DNA of 62,471 nucleotides, the filler included, from Choristocarpus tenellus KU-1152 (lineage: Eukaryota; Protista; Phaeophyceae): the NCBI GenBank assembly GCA_964200185.2. It is 6 parts of 6 records of this genome, joined end to end, with 100 filler letters (N's around TTAATTAATTAA, not from the genome) between each part and the next. Parts side by side here need not be neighbours in the genome. Positions count along the whole stretch, not along the records: positions 34,657 to 47,753 come from CAXNAD020001586.1; positions 47,854 to 54,968 come from CAXNAD020006669.1; 4 more parts are not named here. One strand, given 5' to 3'. The notes under the pieces are model-generated. The model searched no databases. It was not told the origin of the DNA and saw only the letters and a program-made list of their open reading frames with translations. A program made the position numbers and the translations under genes. Of this stretch, positions 38,844 through 50,330 are shown in pieces. Every line of letters begins with the position of its first letter. The stretch's first letter is position 1.

Positions 38844-40437
38844 ATGTTCCGGCTATTGGGAGCTGTCTCCCGTGGAGGGTTTTCTTCACGAGGATATCCT
38901 AAGTCGTCGGGTACTTCAGCAACTCTGTTTTGCTTGTGCGGACTGTGGAACGTGGCACAGACCGTATCGTTCGCAAGTGTGGGAGCTGCAACTCGTCCCT
39001 CCATGTCGACCTCTTCTGATGTGAGTTTCTACATGCTGCTTGTTTTTGGAAGACTGTAGTCTGAAGCAAGGATCAGATGAGGATACAAGCGTGGATTGAC
39101 AATGATTGTCTGCACTGCCATAAAGTTGACGATTTTTCGATTGCAGTTGTACTACCCGTCAGTTGTTATCATCTCTACGCAGTTGTTTTTTTATGATCAT
39201 TTGATGCACCTTCACCTAGGGATGTGCTTTTGGACTTTAGATCGGGATAGGTTCAAGGAGTCAGGTTGTACCTCCACAGCTTTTTCTGGGGCGTATTTGG
39301 CATTGCTCGTGGATTGACATTTACTATACACTCAAGTCATTCCCACCCATGACTACAACACAGGTGACTCGAAGCAGTGTACAAGATTATTACGGTAAGA
39401 TTCTGACAAAGAGCGCGGACCTCAAAACCAATGCTTGTACAACGGACGCTAATATGCCAGACAATGTGAAGGCGGTCATGCCATTGCTTAGTGAAGAGGT
39501 CATAGCAAAGTACTACGGTTGTGGGATCTGCATGCCGGAACTCCTGGAAGGGTGCAACGTCTTAGACCTGGGATGTGGAGCTGGGCGGGACTGTTATATT
39601 ATCTCGAAGCTTGTAGGGTCGGAAGGCAAAGTTGTTGGCGTGGACATGACGGACGAGCAGCTGGAAGTGGCGAACCGGAATGTTGACCATCACACGAAAT
39701 CTTTCGGGTATGATAAACCCAATGTGGAGTTCAAGAAGGGGTACATTGAGAAGCTTGATGACTTGGGCCTTCCCGACAATCATTTCGATGTGATCGTATC
39801 GAACTGCGTCATCAACCTCTCCCCCGACAAGGACGCTGTCCTCCGTGAGGCCTACCGCGTGCTCAAGCCCGGGGGAGAGCTCTACTTCTCTGATGTATAC
39901 TCGGATCGACGCGTGCCACAGGAACTTGTGGATGATGAGGTTCTCTTTGGAGAGTGCCTCTCTGGGGCTCTCTACTGGAATGACTTCATCACGATTGCTC
40001 GTAGTCATGGATTCAACGACCCTCGCCTGGTGAGCGACTCAAAAATCACCGTGTCTAATAAATCCATTGAGAAGAAAGTGGGACACATAAACTTCTTCTC
40101 GGCCACCTACCGCCTGTTTAAATTGCCCGAGTTGGAGACGGACTGCGAGGATTATGGTGAGGCTGTGATTTACAAAGGGACGGTGCCCACCTCCCCCCGC
40201 TCCTTCACGCTTGACAACCATCATGTCATCGACACTGGGCGGGTGTTCCCAGTCTGCCGCAATACTTTGCACATGCTCAAGGGGACTCGCTTTTCCCCTC
40301 ACTTCGAAAAGGTTGGTGGTGGAGAAACTCACTTTGGCATCTACCCTGACTGTGGGAAAAGCCTTCCGTTTGCCAGCGCTACAGAAAGTGGACAAGGTGT
40401 TGGCAAGAGCGGGGGAGGGGGTGGAGGCTGCTGCTGA
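38844..40437 (+). CDS. AS3MT: Arsenite S-adenosylmethionine methyltransferase with a putative N-terminal presequence exon
   Basis: ORF 39349-40437 contains YYG..LKTNAC, YYGCG, SAM motif VLDLGCGAG, SNCVINL, GECLSG and a terminal CC. C30/C58/C153/C203 correspond to the four conserved AS3MT/ArsM cysteines. A candidate exon 38844-39020 (donor GAT|GTGAGT) joins an acceptor at 39337 in phase 0. Confidence 0.95.
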
Positions 40438-42231
40438 TTTTTGAAGGTAGCCCCCTCTGACAATGGGCAGGACGAATGCCTGGGTGGTTGCAGAGAGGTT
40501 AACTTCAGTTTCTATTGCATAATTTTTGACCCTGATCTGGTATTACGAAATGTTACGTGCTGTGTTTTACTTTAATGGGGGAGAAGTTTTATGTGTATAG
40601 AACTATGAAAGAGTTGAATATGCGAGTCCTATTGAGAGTACAGCAGGATTTGGATGTTGAAGGTTATCTATATATCGCAGAAGCTGTGACCCAACATTGA
40701 CAGCACAATTAGGCGGGAGGGAAAGGTGTTAAAAAAATACTCCAGTTCTTTTGTGTGTTGGTTTGTTTGGGCCTGCGTTGCATCGTTCCATTAGACCTTT
40801 AAAAAATCTTCTCCGCCAGAGAACATGTATGTAATCAAACACAGCATGCATCCTTTTCTTTCTTGGATCAAAATCTCTTCTTTGAGAGGGAACAGAACCA
40901 TCAGATATGTTAGGAGCATATCATGCAGACTTGGCGACATCAACCACCAAGCTGTGTTGCTGACCACGTGATTTTTGTTCAAGTGTTGTATACTATGATG
41001 GAGTACCAAATATCCAGTTTATACACACCTCTACATTTCAAAAATGCCCAGTTTTTTATTATTTCATGATGAGGATGAATTAGGGTACAGATGAGGTCAC
41101 AATAGAGAATCGTACCAAAAATGAAGAGTATTAGAGTATTATCTTCTGAATCTATCATTCCATGCCCTAGAAAAATGCGTAATTCCTTACGGTTATTTGA
41201 TAAATTGCATAAGCGATCATAATCACAATTAATTGCTTGTCTTAATAATCCAAGAACAAATATTCTCCACAACGACTAACTTTTGAAAATCTGTAATTTT
41301 AGAAGTGATAATATCGCTGAGATCTGTTAGTCCCTAGAATTAGCAGCTTTACGAATATGACTAGCTTATCATTTTTAGCAAATAATTATTATCCCAACCA
41401 GAGTAAGAATGAACTCATACATCAACCCTCTCCAATCAAAACTTTTAAGAACTCAAAATCTGGAATTTCAAAGTTTACAGTTCAATGTCCTGTCCTTAGT
41501 AAGGTACAGTAATTTGAAGGCCAACATTAGTGCTCCATATCTCTAAACGGCAAGAAGTAAAACCACATCTGCATGTCATCTAACAAGTTGAGGCCCTCTA
41601 ACGTGAAGCTATTCTTTGAAATATGCGAGGTATTGGGTAGATCTCCCAACAGAAAAAAAGGCAACTGGATGTGTGGAACCTCCCTTTGAACATTAGTGTT
41701 TAATCCCGAACACAAGTCGCTTGATGGAAATTGAATGCTAGAACACAGCCTCTTTCCCCTGTTCCAACTTTGCAACTGCTTCTCAGGTATCAAGACAAAA
41801 GTCCCTATCAAATTGAATCTTGTGCCATGAGCTTGCACTATTGGGGCCTTATCTGTCGTTGCATATATAACGTAAATCTTGTGTGGTTGATACAAAAAAT
41901 ACATAGCACAGCAGTGAACACTCTGCCAACAAGATTCATTGCACCACATTGTAACTTTCTCTCCCACACAAGAATTTCCCTTGACACATGGACGGATGAC
42001 TAGAGAAATCCAAACAATTTCACACGACAAAAATCAGAGGAAGCTCATGCCCCAACAAGATATGCTTAGTCAACTAGTTCACCACAATCCTTACCGTCCT
42101 CTAATTGTCCCCATTGTACTCAATCACCCCTTTCTCCAAATAAACAAAACCGTTCCATTTATTGCTCCACAGTACTGATTCTAATCTGCTGGAGAATCTT
42201 ACTCGGAAATACCAAATACTGAAATGCAGGT

Positions 42232-43209
42232 TCACGACGTCCCAAGCGTCCTTCCTGGTCCCCACGTCGTTCTCCCCGCCCTTGGTATGTCCCTTGGAGC
42301 TGGCACCGCACCTGGTGCGGGCATGCCCCTGTTGGGTACTACCCGCTGTACTCCAGTCCCCTCATGACCCCAGCCGAGCAATTTAACAAGGAATTCAGGT
42401 GTCTGGATGATGTCGATATTGTGTGTGTCTGGGAGTATATCGATCAAAAAGTAGTATAGGTGGCCAACTCCAATGCCCAGCATTGCCTCGAAGATGCTCT
42501 GCCCAAGAAGGAGTTGCAGCCCCACCATGGCCCAAGGAGTGTACACAGCAAGGATCCGAACGCCCCAGAATGAAACAGCGGAATCCGGACTTTTTCTACT
42601 CCAGACATAAATGACCATAAATAAGACACTACTCAGAATGAATGGGATATTGAAGAAGACGACCGAGAGGATTTCCAAAATGGATATTCCAAAGATCAGC
42701 AAGAGAGCGTAGTCAGCGCTCCCACCGCCCCCACCTGTGCTGAAGGCATCTTTTTCATACCTGATAGACCGAGAAGTGAGATAAGGGAACGGTATTCATG
42801 GATGATGAGCAAGTTTGAGGAACAAAGATTCAAGCACAGACCATAGGGCAAACACCCAAACTGTTCAAATTTGTACTTCATCGGCGTGTTGGCAGGCAAA
42901 ACAATTCGACGGAATTAGCCTCACTTCTCACCTGATAGAGTGCGAACCCATCATGTACACAGAGATGAGGGTACCGAATCCAGGACTGCCAGGGTAGAAA
43001 GCACCAGTGATGATGCGCCAGACGTGAAATTTCTTCCACACTAGGGGCCAAATAATAGCATACTGGAAAGGGGACATCATGCCTGATACCTCCATAATCA
43101 TCAATCCAACCATGGAGACGATGATGACTTTCGAAACTGGCGGGATCGCCCTGAAGAGCTCCTCTGGACTGTTCCCTCCTCCAGCCCCATTCACCATACC
43201 CAAAGGCAT
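42232..43209 (-). CDS. DER1: Derlin (Der1-like ERAD membrane protein), two exons
   Basis: Exons 43209-42932 and 42760-42232, joined in phase 2. Motifs IPPVSK, HVWRIIT, RYE..F....SADY, YVWSRK.P...VSFWG, YTPW and GHLYYFL. An upstream in-frame TAG leaves no room for a bipartite signal, so this is the host ERAD type. Confidence 0.95.
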
Positions 43210-43578
43210 GCTCGTTGATACTCTCAACCCTCGTCTAGCAAAGTAGTACAGCGACCAGTGCAGCTCGTCACCAACAATCTTCTACTTTCTTTTCCTTTTT
43301 GATGGTGCACTTGGCGATACAAGTATGAATGTGGAACTCACTTTGCCTTCCTTGTTTGGTGTTTATTTTGCGAAGTGAGGATCAAGTACAAATAAGGATC
43401 AAGTATTACCCCAATAAGGAAGGATCAACCATTACATGGATAATAAGACCATAATAATATACATCAACTATCAAGTAGTTTATTGAAACGCCTTCCTCGC
43501 CTGGTCGTGGAAGGACCATTGACAACTCTTAATATCTTACACTTGTCACACCAAGAAGGTGTGCACGTGTTATTAACC

Positions 43579-46204
43579 ATGGTGATCCCCTTCTTGACCC
43601 CAGCCGATGTCTTCTCTCTTGGTGATGCGGCCGCCTTTTCGGGGTCGCCAGGTGCTGTAGTGAAGGATGGTCTTCTCGGTGAAGAGTTGGCGACACGAGC
43701 TCACCAAGGTGAGATGCTATGCATGGGGGACTACATCCCAAAATAAACACGTGCAATAAACACTTTCTTTGTAGCCTATCTTATAAAAAAAATGCTACAA
43801 GACTGAGTCCATCTTGCAGACTTCAGTCGAGGATAGATGCACCTGTTTTACACTTCTCGATTCCCATCCCTCCTCTCACTTCAGCTGCACGTGATCTGGA
43901 AAAGTCGGGAAAACTCAAGCCAGCGGGCATGGGGAGTGGCAATATGTTGTGGAAGAATGAACAGAAAAGGGGTGATCATATCATGTGGATAACAGATGGA
44001 GTTCAGGGGGAAGGAACTCTGCCCGAGGTGGGGTAAGATCCTACTGAACATGTAACACAAATTGCTGCCATTACCACTCCATGAGAGGGAGTCTGTTAAA
44101 GCCCCTTCAGCACAGAGTTGGGAAGATGTTACTTTTTAGGTTCAAAAGAAGTGGTCTTGTGACCTCTGGAGTCTTCAATCATAGCCCTGGGCTTATCTTC
44201 TCATACATTTTCTGTACCTCTACTCATCATGCTGAGCCCAACCCAACAACAGGTGCTGGAAACCCTTCTACAGCGCATGTCAGCTGTAGGGTCTTCTCTT
44301 CGTGGAATGGGAGTTCACGGACGGTCCTCTGGCCTTAGACTCACGGGTACCACTTCGGTGCAGTTGGCGTATTATCCGGGCGACGGTCGAGGTTACGTTC
44401 GACACCTCGACACCCCAAAGAGTGCAAGGGAGAGTGAGGAGGCAAATCGGAAGGCAAGCGTAGAAAATTGTGTGAATTGACATTAGGGGTGTGTGGCATT
44501 GGCGCGCGTGATTGACTGCTTTTGAGGCATAGTTTATTTTGCTATTACTTACCCACACGAAATCGAACTGATATTTGTGAGGGCGTGAGGGACACGTTGG
44601 GAACTTGCTCGTCTTCATCTTATAGCCACTTAACATGCTTTGAAATCCATTCTATTATTTTTAGTGATTCCAATATTGAATCTTAGGCTATCAAGAACAA
44701 CATGGTTTAATTTACCCTTGCATAATTGCAACCAAGACTCCTCTGTTGTGTGGGTAGCGATCCTTTTGAGGATGTGGTTGTCTTTTGGCAGAGCGGATTT
44801 CACCCTTAGCTGCTTCGTAATGCTGTACCCTCAGAGATTTCAACTGTTCAGGACTTAGCCGTCCATTTTGTATCCTTGATGGTTGTTCTTCAGCTCTTGA
44901 AAAGTAAATGTAAAATTTATGTGGTAGGTGGCAGTGAGATTGCTGATGTCCTGTAGATTTTGTATTGTTTTTTTTTGTATTTCTGGACATCATCTACATG
45001 GTCGCTTGAATCTCATTGGCTTGGGTATGGGACTTTGTTGTGGTAGCGGTTACCTGAACTATATGCAATCCAATTGTTTGTCCATAGCCCAACATATATA
45101 CTACAATATTGCTTTTAATAAACTGGAGCCCCTTGGTCCAATTCAGGCATCAAAATCTCAGTTATATTTTGCGACTTTTCAGATCACTATGCTGTACTAC
45201 CTAAATCCAAATTGGGATGCATCCATGGGAGGTCAGCTCAGGATCCACCTTGGGCCCATGGGGAATAGAGGCTCAAAAGAGGACCAGTTCAATACTCAAC
45301 CAGCACCAAGCAAAGATGGGGTGTGGGACATAGAGCCATTGCTGGACCGGACAGTCATCTTCCGCAGTGAACTGGTTCACCATGAGGTGCCCTGCCTACT
45401 AGTAGCTGTAGAGTGAGGCAGGGTAGATGTGCGCCTGTTGCTCTGAACAGTGGAAATGCTACCTGTTTTTGTTTAGTCTTGCTGGGATACAAAACTTACG
45501 TTTTGAGTCCATTTGGTTGTGAGTGCACAGCGGTTTTTATCTCTGCTCGACTTTGCCCAAGCTGTGTGGAAGGTGAAAAGGAAAAATCTACACCCTATAC
45601 AACTATGCTGAGCTTTTAGAGTTGGAACTACTCGATTTCTTACAGTAGGTGCTCTTTCGTAATCAGGACAGATTTCGCTGCGTGGAAGAATTCCACAACC
45701 CCCAAGTTGATGCTTTACCCCTTAGACTATCCCTACAATACTGTACAAAGTAGGCAGATGACTGCGCTCCTGGCATCTTTGAAAGCTCGCCATCATCAAG
45801 ACCAAGACAGCTACTGATACAACATATGAACCTTGCTTTTGCATCCCTTCTCCTCTTCCTCTGACCACGGGAATCTGTTTCGATCTGGGCCCTTGTCTCT
45901 TGCTCTTTCCACCTCCACTACCTCGTCTCTGCTGCAGGTCCTCCCGGCCTTTTCTCCTCGGTTGGCAGTCACCATGTGGTTTCATGGCAGGCAGGCTCCC
46001 CTGGTCCCTCCACCCATTCCCCCAGTTGGATCTACTACCCTCTTGCACTCTCCCGTACCCTCCCCCGCTGTTGCTATGATTGCCTCAGAAGACACCCGTG
46101 ACAAGGTTCGATCGCTTCCAATTCCCAGGAACGAGGATGAGAATCTCAATCGGCACGCAAGAGAGGTTGTTTTCCCTGACCCCCCCCCCCCTCCACTTCC
46201 CTGA
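43579..46204 (+). CDS. EGLN/PHD (PhyA-type) 2OG-Fe(II) prolyl 4-hydroxylase
   Basis: Phase-consistent exons: 43579-43708; 43885-44027 (RGDHIMW); 44253-44453 (QLAYYPGDGRGYVRHLD, GC donor); 45183-45386 (ITMLYYLN..W....GGQLR..IEPLLDRTVIFRS...HE); 45938-~46165/46204 (VLP....RLAVTMW). The HxD...H triad and 2OG-binding Arg are intact. Confidence 0.93.
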
Positions 46205-46508
46205 TAGTGCAGCATTGTCTTGCTTGTTATACATTTCACATAAGACCGCTTGTTGGCGGTGCTGTGACTTCACCTTTGCATGGATTTTTGGATCCCTCCT
46301 CCGATGCCGTAACTATCAGTTGTGTTGGATGGTGACTATCATCACATCTCTCTGTGGATTGATTTGTGCAAAATGTTGTGCAATGAAACGTTTTCTGTTC
46401 ATTCATAGCATATGCATGCCTGCCTTGAGTTTTTTTTGGGGGGGGAGTGAGTGGCGTTTCTAGTCCCCTGTTTGTTTACTGTTTTTTTACTATTTTTTCT
46501 TATCGCAG

Positions 46509-47003
46509 TGCTTTACACAGGCTGTCCCCCTGCACCCCATTCCCCCCACCCCCTGTGGGTCCGTTCCCATTGAACACCATGGGCGATGGTGATACTGTTC
46601 CCATGCAGGCGACTATCTTTGTGAGCGTGGTGAGCTACCGTGACTCTGAAACAAATCCTACTGTGACAGACCTCTGGGACAGGGCTGAAAACCCTGCAAG
46701 AGTATCAGTTGGCGTGGTGTGGCAGCTTGAGGAGGGAGAGCAGGAGGACGAGAGGATGTTTTCAGCTGGGACAGGGGAAGCAGAGTTCGAGTCAGACAGA
46801 AGAAGAGATTTGAGAATACCCGGAGGAGTAGAGGCGGGGGTGAGGGGGGGTGGCAGAGATCGGCAGTGGGGACAGAGGCGTGTATTGCGAATGCCAGCTG
46901 GGGATGCTGCAGGGCCTTGCTGGGCACGTCATATTGCCCAGTCGTTGTGGCGGGGAGAGGACTACTACCTCCAGATTGACAGTCACATGCGCTTCAGACC
47001 TGG
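46509..47003 (+). CDS. Gnt1-like Skp1-hydroxyproline GlcNAc-transferase (GT60) domain, first exon; probably fused to the upstream hydroxylase; 3' end truncated
   Basis: TIFVSVVSYRDSE...TV..L..RAENP.RV.VGVVWQ, AAGPCWAR..AQSLWRGEDYYLQIDSHMRF..G are hallmark Gnt1 motifs, including DSH. The donor is GG|GTGTGT at 47004. Confidence 0.9.
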
Positions 47004-49078
47004 GTGTGTTTGTTGATAGCATTTACTGCTGATTGTACTGTTGATAGAAGGTGGAGGTAGCTGTGTCCAGGTGGGCTGGGGCATGACCCTGATGCCCGAA
47101 GTATTTCTTTTTTTAGAGCTCCAGTTAGTTTTTGGAGGAGGGATGTTGATTGGGACTGATCGGCCAAGTGAAACGATGTGTGCACTGCCCCAGAATTTAA
47201 AATTGTACGCCAAAGACGCCACTGTAGCAGGGGGCTGCTGATCCCAGCAATAATATGTCTCCCTGCTGGAGATTTGTGCACCGTTTTTCATATTTTTTTT
47301 TCAAAGCTTTTCATAGGACAGATCCAGGGCAAGTAGGCTTCTTTTTTGAGGTAGGTTTGGTGGGGCTGGCGCCATTAAAGTGCATTTGAATAGGGGGGCT
47401 GGCTGACCTGTGGGCGGGTTCACAACCCTGTTAGTAAGCATTTTGGTACAGGGCCGACTTGGTCAGAGCGAGGATTTCTTTCTTGTCTCACGTTAAAGAT
47501 GTACGAGATTAGGTTTTTAAAAAGGTGTGTTTACACCCACATGTATTTGGGACAATCGAGGGTCCAGTGCAGTTTGAAGGTCATCAGGTACTGTATTAAA
47601 CATGGCTGAACCGCGACCCCATCCTTGACAGCGACCTAGTTAGCTACCTGGCCCAATGTAAAGCCAGTCCCCTGTCCCCCCCCCCCCCCCCCCCCCCCCC
47701 CCCTTTTCTTCCTCCTCCCCCCCCCCCCCCCCCCCCCCCTCGCTCTCCACCTTNNNNNNNNNNNNNNNNNNNNNNNNNNNNNNNNNNNNNNNNNNNNTTA
47801 ATTAATTAANNNNNNNNNNNNNNNNNNNNNNNNNNNNNNNNNNNNNNNNNNNNCCCCCCCCTCCTTTTCTCGAGCATTTTTCCTTTTTTACTCAACATGT
47901 GTATTTCACATTGGGCCACCGATTTGTCAAATATGTGGGCGAAATGAAGAAAGTCAGACACAAGTTAGGGCATATCATAGGAACATCTGTAGCATGATCT
48001 GTGCAGATATTCATCGCAACTAGTGCTTGATTCTGGCACAATGATGGTCACCTAGAATGTGGGATGGGGGAGAGGAGTGCAAGAGGGAGAGGAGTTAGTA
48101 AACCTTGCCATTCAGCATTTGACTTTACATGATGAGACATGAACAACAGAAATATGAGAGGGTAATTGGTGGATCGAGCCAGAGAACCAAAACTGAACCT
48201 TACCTTCACCAGGACTGTCACTATGAGTGCACAGTGCCAATAAGGATGTCTAGCGACGCGTCTCGTACACAGCAGTTAGCCGATGAGGAGTCCAGGCGTG
48301 CTGGAGGATTCCCTGCCCATCAAAGTAGTATGTCCCTTATCAGGCAAACCCCTCCCTGAAATAGTGATGCACACACACATATGCACACAATTGCCCATGT
48401 CCCTATATAATGCTCCTCTTTCAATCATAGTACATGCTGCATCAACTAGTTCCAGTAAACGCCTCTATGTGTGCAACCTTTGATACACCCTTACCCTAGC
48501 CCACTCACTGCATTCAGGGGCAAATTGAGGTGAAAGAAGACTACTTTCTTGCTGTAGTGGCAAATATAGTTACCTGCCGGAACTAACACGAAACCTGCTG
48601 AACTTGAGGAGGTAAACTTTGGCGGCGACTAGTTTGAGCGAAATACTGTGGAATCATGACTGCTGGCAAGACGTCTCCTCAGACATAGTTTGCGAAATAT
48701 GCCAGTGAAGTCATCCAGAAGTAGTATAACCAAAATCATGATTCCGTCACACCTCCACTTCATACCCAACAAAAACACTTCCCAAACCCGTTGATTCAAA
48801 TGTTATAAACAGGAGGTACCCCAGTTTTGTGTCCTCCTCCCTTGGGTTGACACCATCAGCATTGTAGGGGTGGTTTTACATGCTGGGGTGAGGACTTACC
48901 TTAAAAAACGTAACCTCTGAAAAAGACTTGCATTTGCGGTGCGGGGAATGACTGTGTGCACGAGGGAAATGTCATCGACAACCTAACCTAAAACTATAGT
49001 TTGAAGGGAGTGTTTTCCCATGCTGATATGAGGACCTTCCTCGAATGACATAACGGTGACAAAGACATAGAGATCTGT

Positions 49079-49258
49079 GACTCACAGTATCAGGGAGGGG
49101 AGGGGGGATCTACACCAGGGTGTTCAGTCAGTCCCTGACCAGGAGAAGTGCACTTACATTATTCATCCGACACATGCAACCAAATCACCCAAAAATCGAG
49201 ACATGAAACAATGGGCCCCAAATGGAGAGCCGCCACCCTCCCCCAGATACTTTGAGCC
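49079..49258 (-). mobile_element. MITE family B, full copy
   Basis: GACTCACAGTATCAGGG...CCCCAGATACTTTGAGCC with a 3-bp TSD, TGT/TGT. Confidence 0.92.
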
Positions 49259-49449
49259 TGTGGTACAGGGAATGTCCATTTGTGTCAGCGAAAGGTCGTG
49301 GACAGTGTTATATATTTACTTGATGCCATCCTCTCACTTCCAAATGTCGCACACACTTCTTCAAAAGTCGGTAGTTTCAAGTATCCACCAAATTGTGGCA
49401 AAGTAGAATCTCAACTAAATGCTTCAAAAAATAAAGTGTCATGAAACAC

Positions 49450-50330
49450 TTGCTTGCGCAGAACTACATGCATCTCATTTCTTGCCTGACTTCGTAATTC
49501 AGCATTACCTCATACGGCAGCAAGTACTCTGCAGTGATGCATGACATCACACGCTGTTGGAAGTGCAACTTTTTTCAACAGGTCGAAACTTTTTTGATGG
49601 GGCCCAAAAGCATCTAGAGGGTGGACGACTTGAAAAATGCGCAGGGATATTTACATTATTTTCTTCGAATGTGGGTGTGGATCACGCAGCAAGTGTACCA
49701 ATAATGTGCAGTAACCTTAAGGCCTCCACTTCGCCTTTTTAGTTCATAAATTAATCGGTGGTTGAATGGGAGATGAAAATGCTTGGGAAAGTATGGGAAA
49801 ATAATTTCGAAGTGGGTCAAGTTATTTCCCCAAGCAACATAGGCATTTTATTCACAGAGCCCAAAATTGATATACTGATCGTCCAATTGTCACAAAGTAC
49901 ATTGAACTTATGTAGAGTAGACCCTTTTTCATTTTGGAAGGGCAATTCCCGCAACATGGGAGGGGGTTCCCTCTGTGGTCGTGCCTCTCATGAGCGTGGC
50001 AGAAGTCAGCATCATCATGATCCTTGTCACTTGACAAGAACTCCTGGGTGTCGTTGGTAGTTGCGCTGCTCCTGTTAGGCACGGTTCTTCGATTGTGATA
50101 CAAAATCCTAACCATTTTTGTGGTCCCTTATAGAAATGTGCTTGGGTTTGTAGGGTTGTACTTTTTTCGTCAAATGAGTATATTTCAATGAGAGTGCTGT
50201 TCCCTGGCTGTATCTTTGGCGACAAGGACAGCATCATGATTCTTGTATTGTCATTTAGGAGGGCAATTGTTACATGCAAGCAGCACAAGTATTTCTTCTC
50301 ACACTCTAACCAATGCGAGCAGTAAGCGTG
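49450..50330 (-). pseudogene. pogo/Fot1 (DDE_1) transposase relic
   Basis: IYSFDEKS resembles IYNxDETG. The frameshifted IPAHFS/QVVHPLDAFGP resembles LPAHTSHxLQPLDxxxFGPLK. Confidence 0.55.

Noticed and set aside
39562-40444. Overlapping antisense and alternate-frame ORFs over AS3MT, plus most short ORFs in the track
   Set aside because: These are shadow ORFs of real exons, MITEs, simple repeats or linkers, with no recognisable motifs.
40429-40500. AS3MT ending TGC TGC TGA followed by a hairpin, as a possible selenocysteine codon with SECIS
   Set aside because: The hairpin starts only about 20 nt after the UGA and lacks a proper quartet, helix II and AA loop. A terminal CC is common in this family.
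42232-43300. Derlin as the plastid-import (SELMA) sDer1
   Set aside because: An in-frame upstream stop and no signal peptide fit the host ERAD Derlin.
47615-47680. Possible next Gnt1 exon (DSDLVSYLAQCKASP)
   Set aside because: It resembles the expected WD..L...L..C segment, but I found no phase-compatible acceptor restoring the Trp, and it runs into poly-C and a linker.
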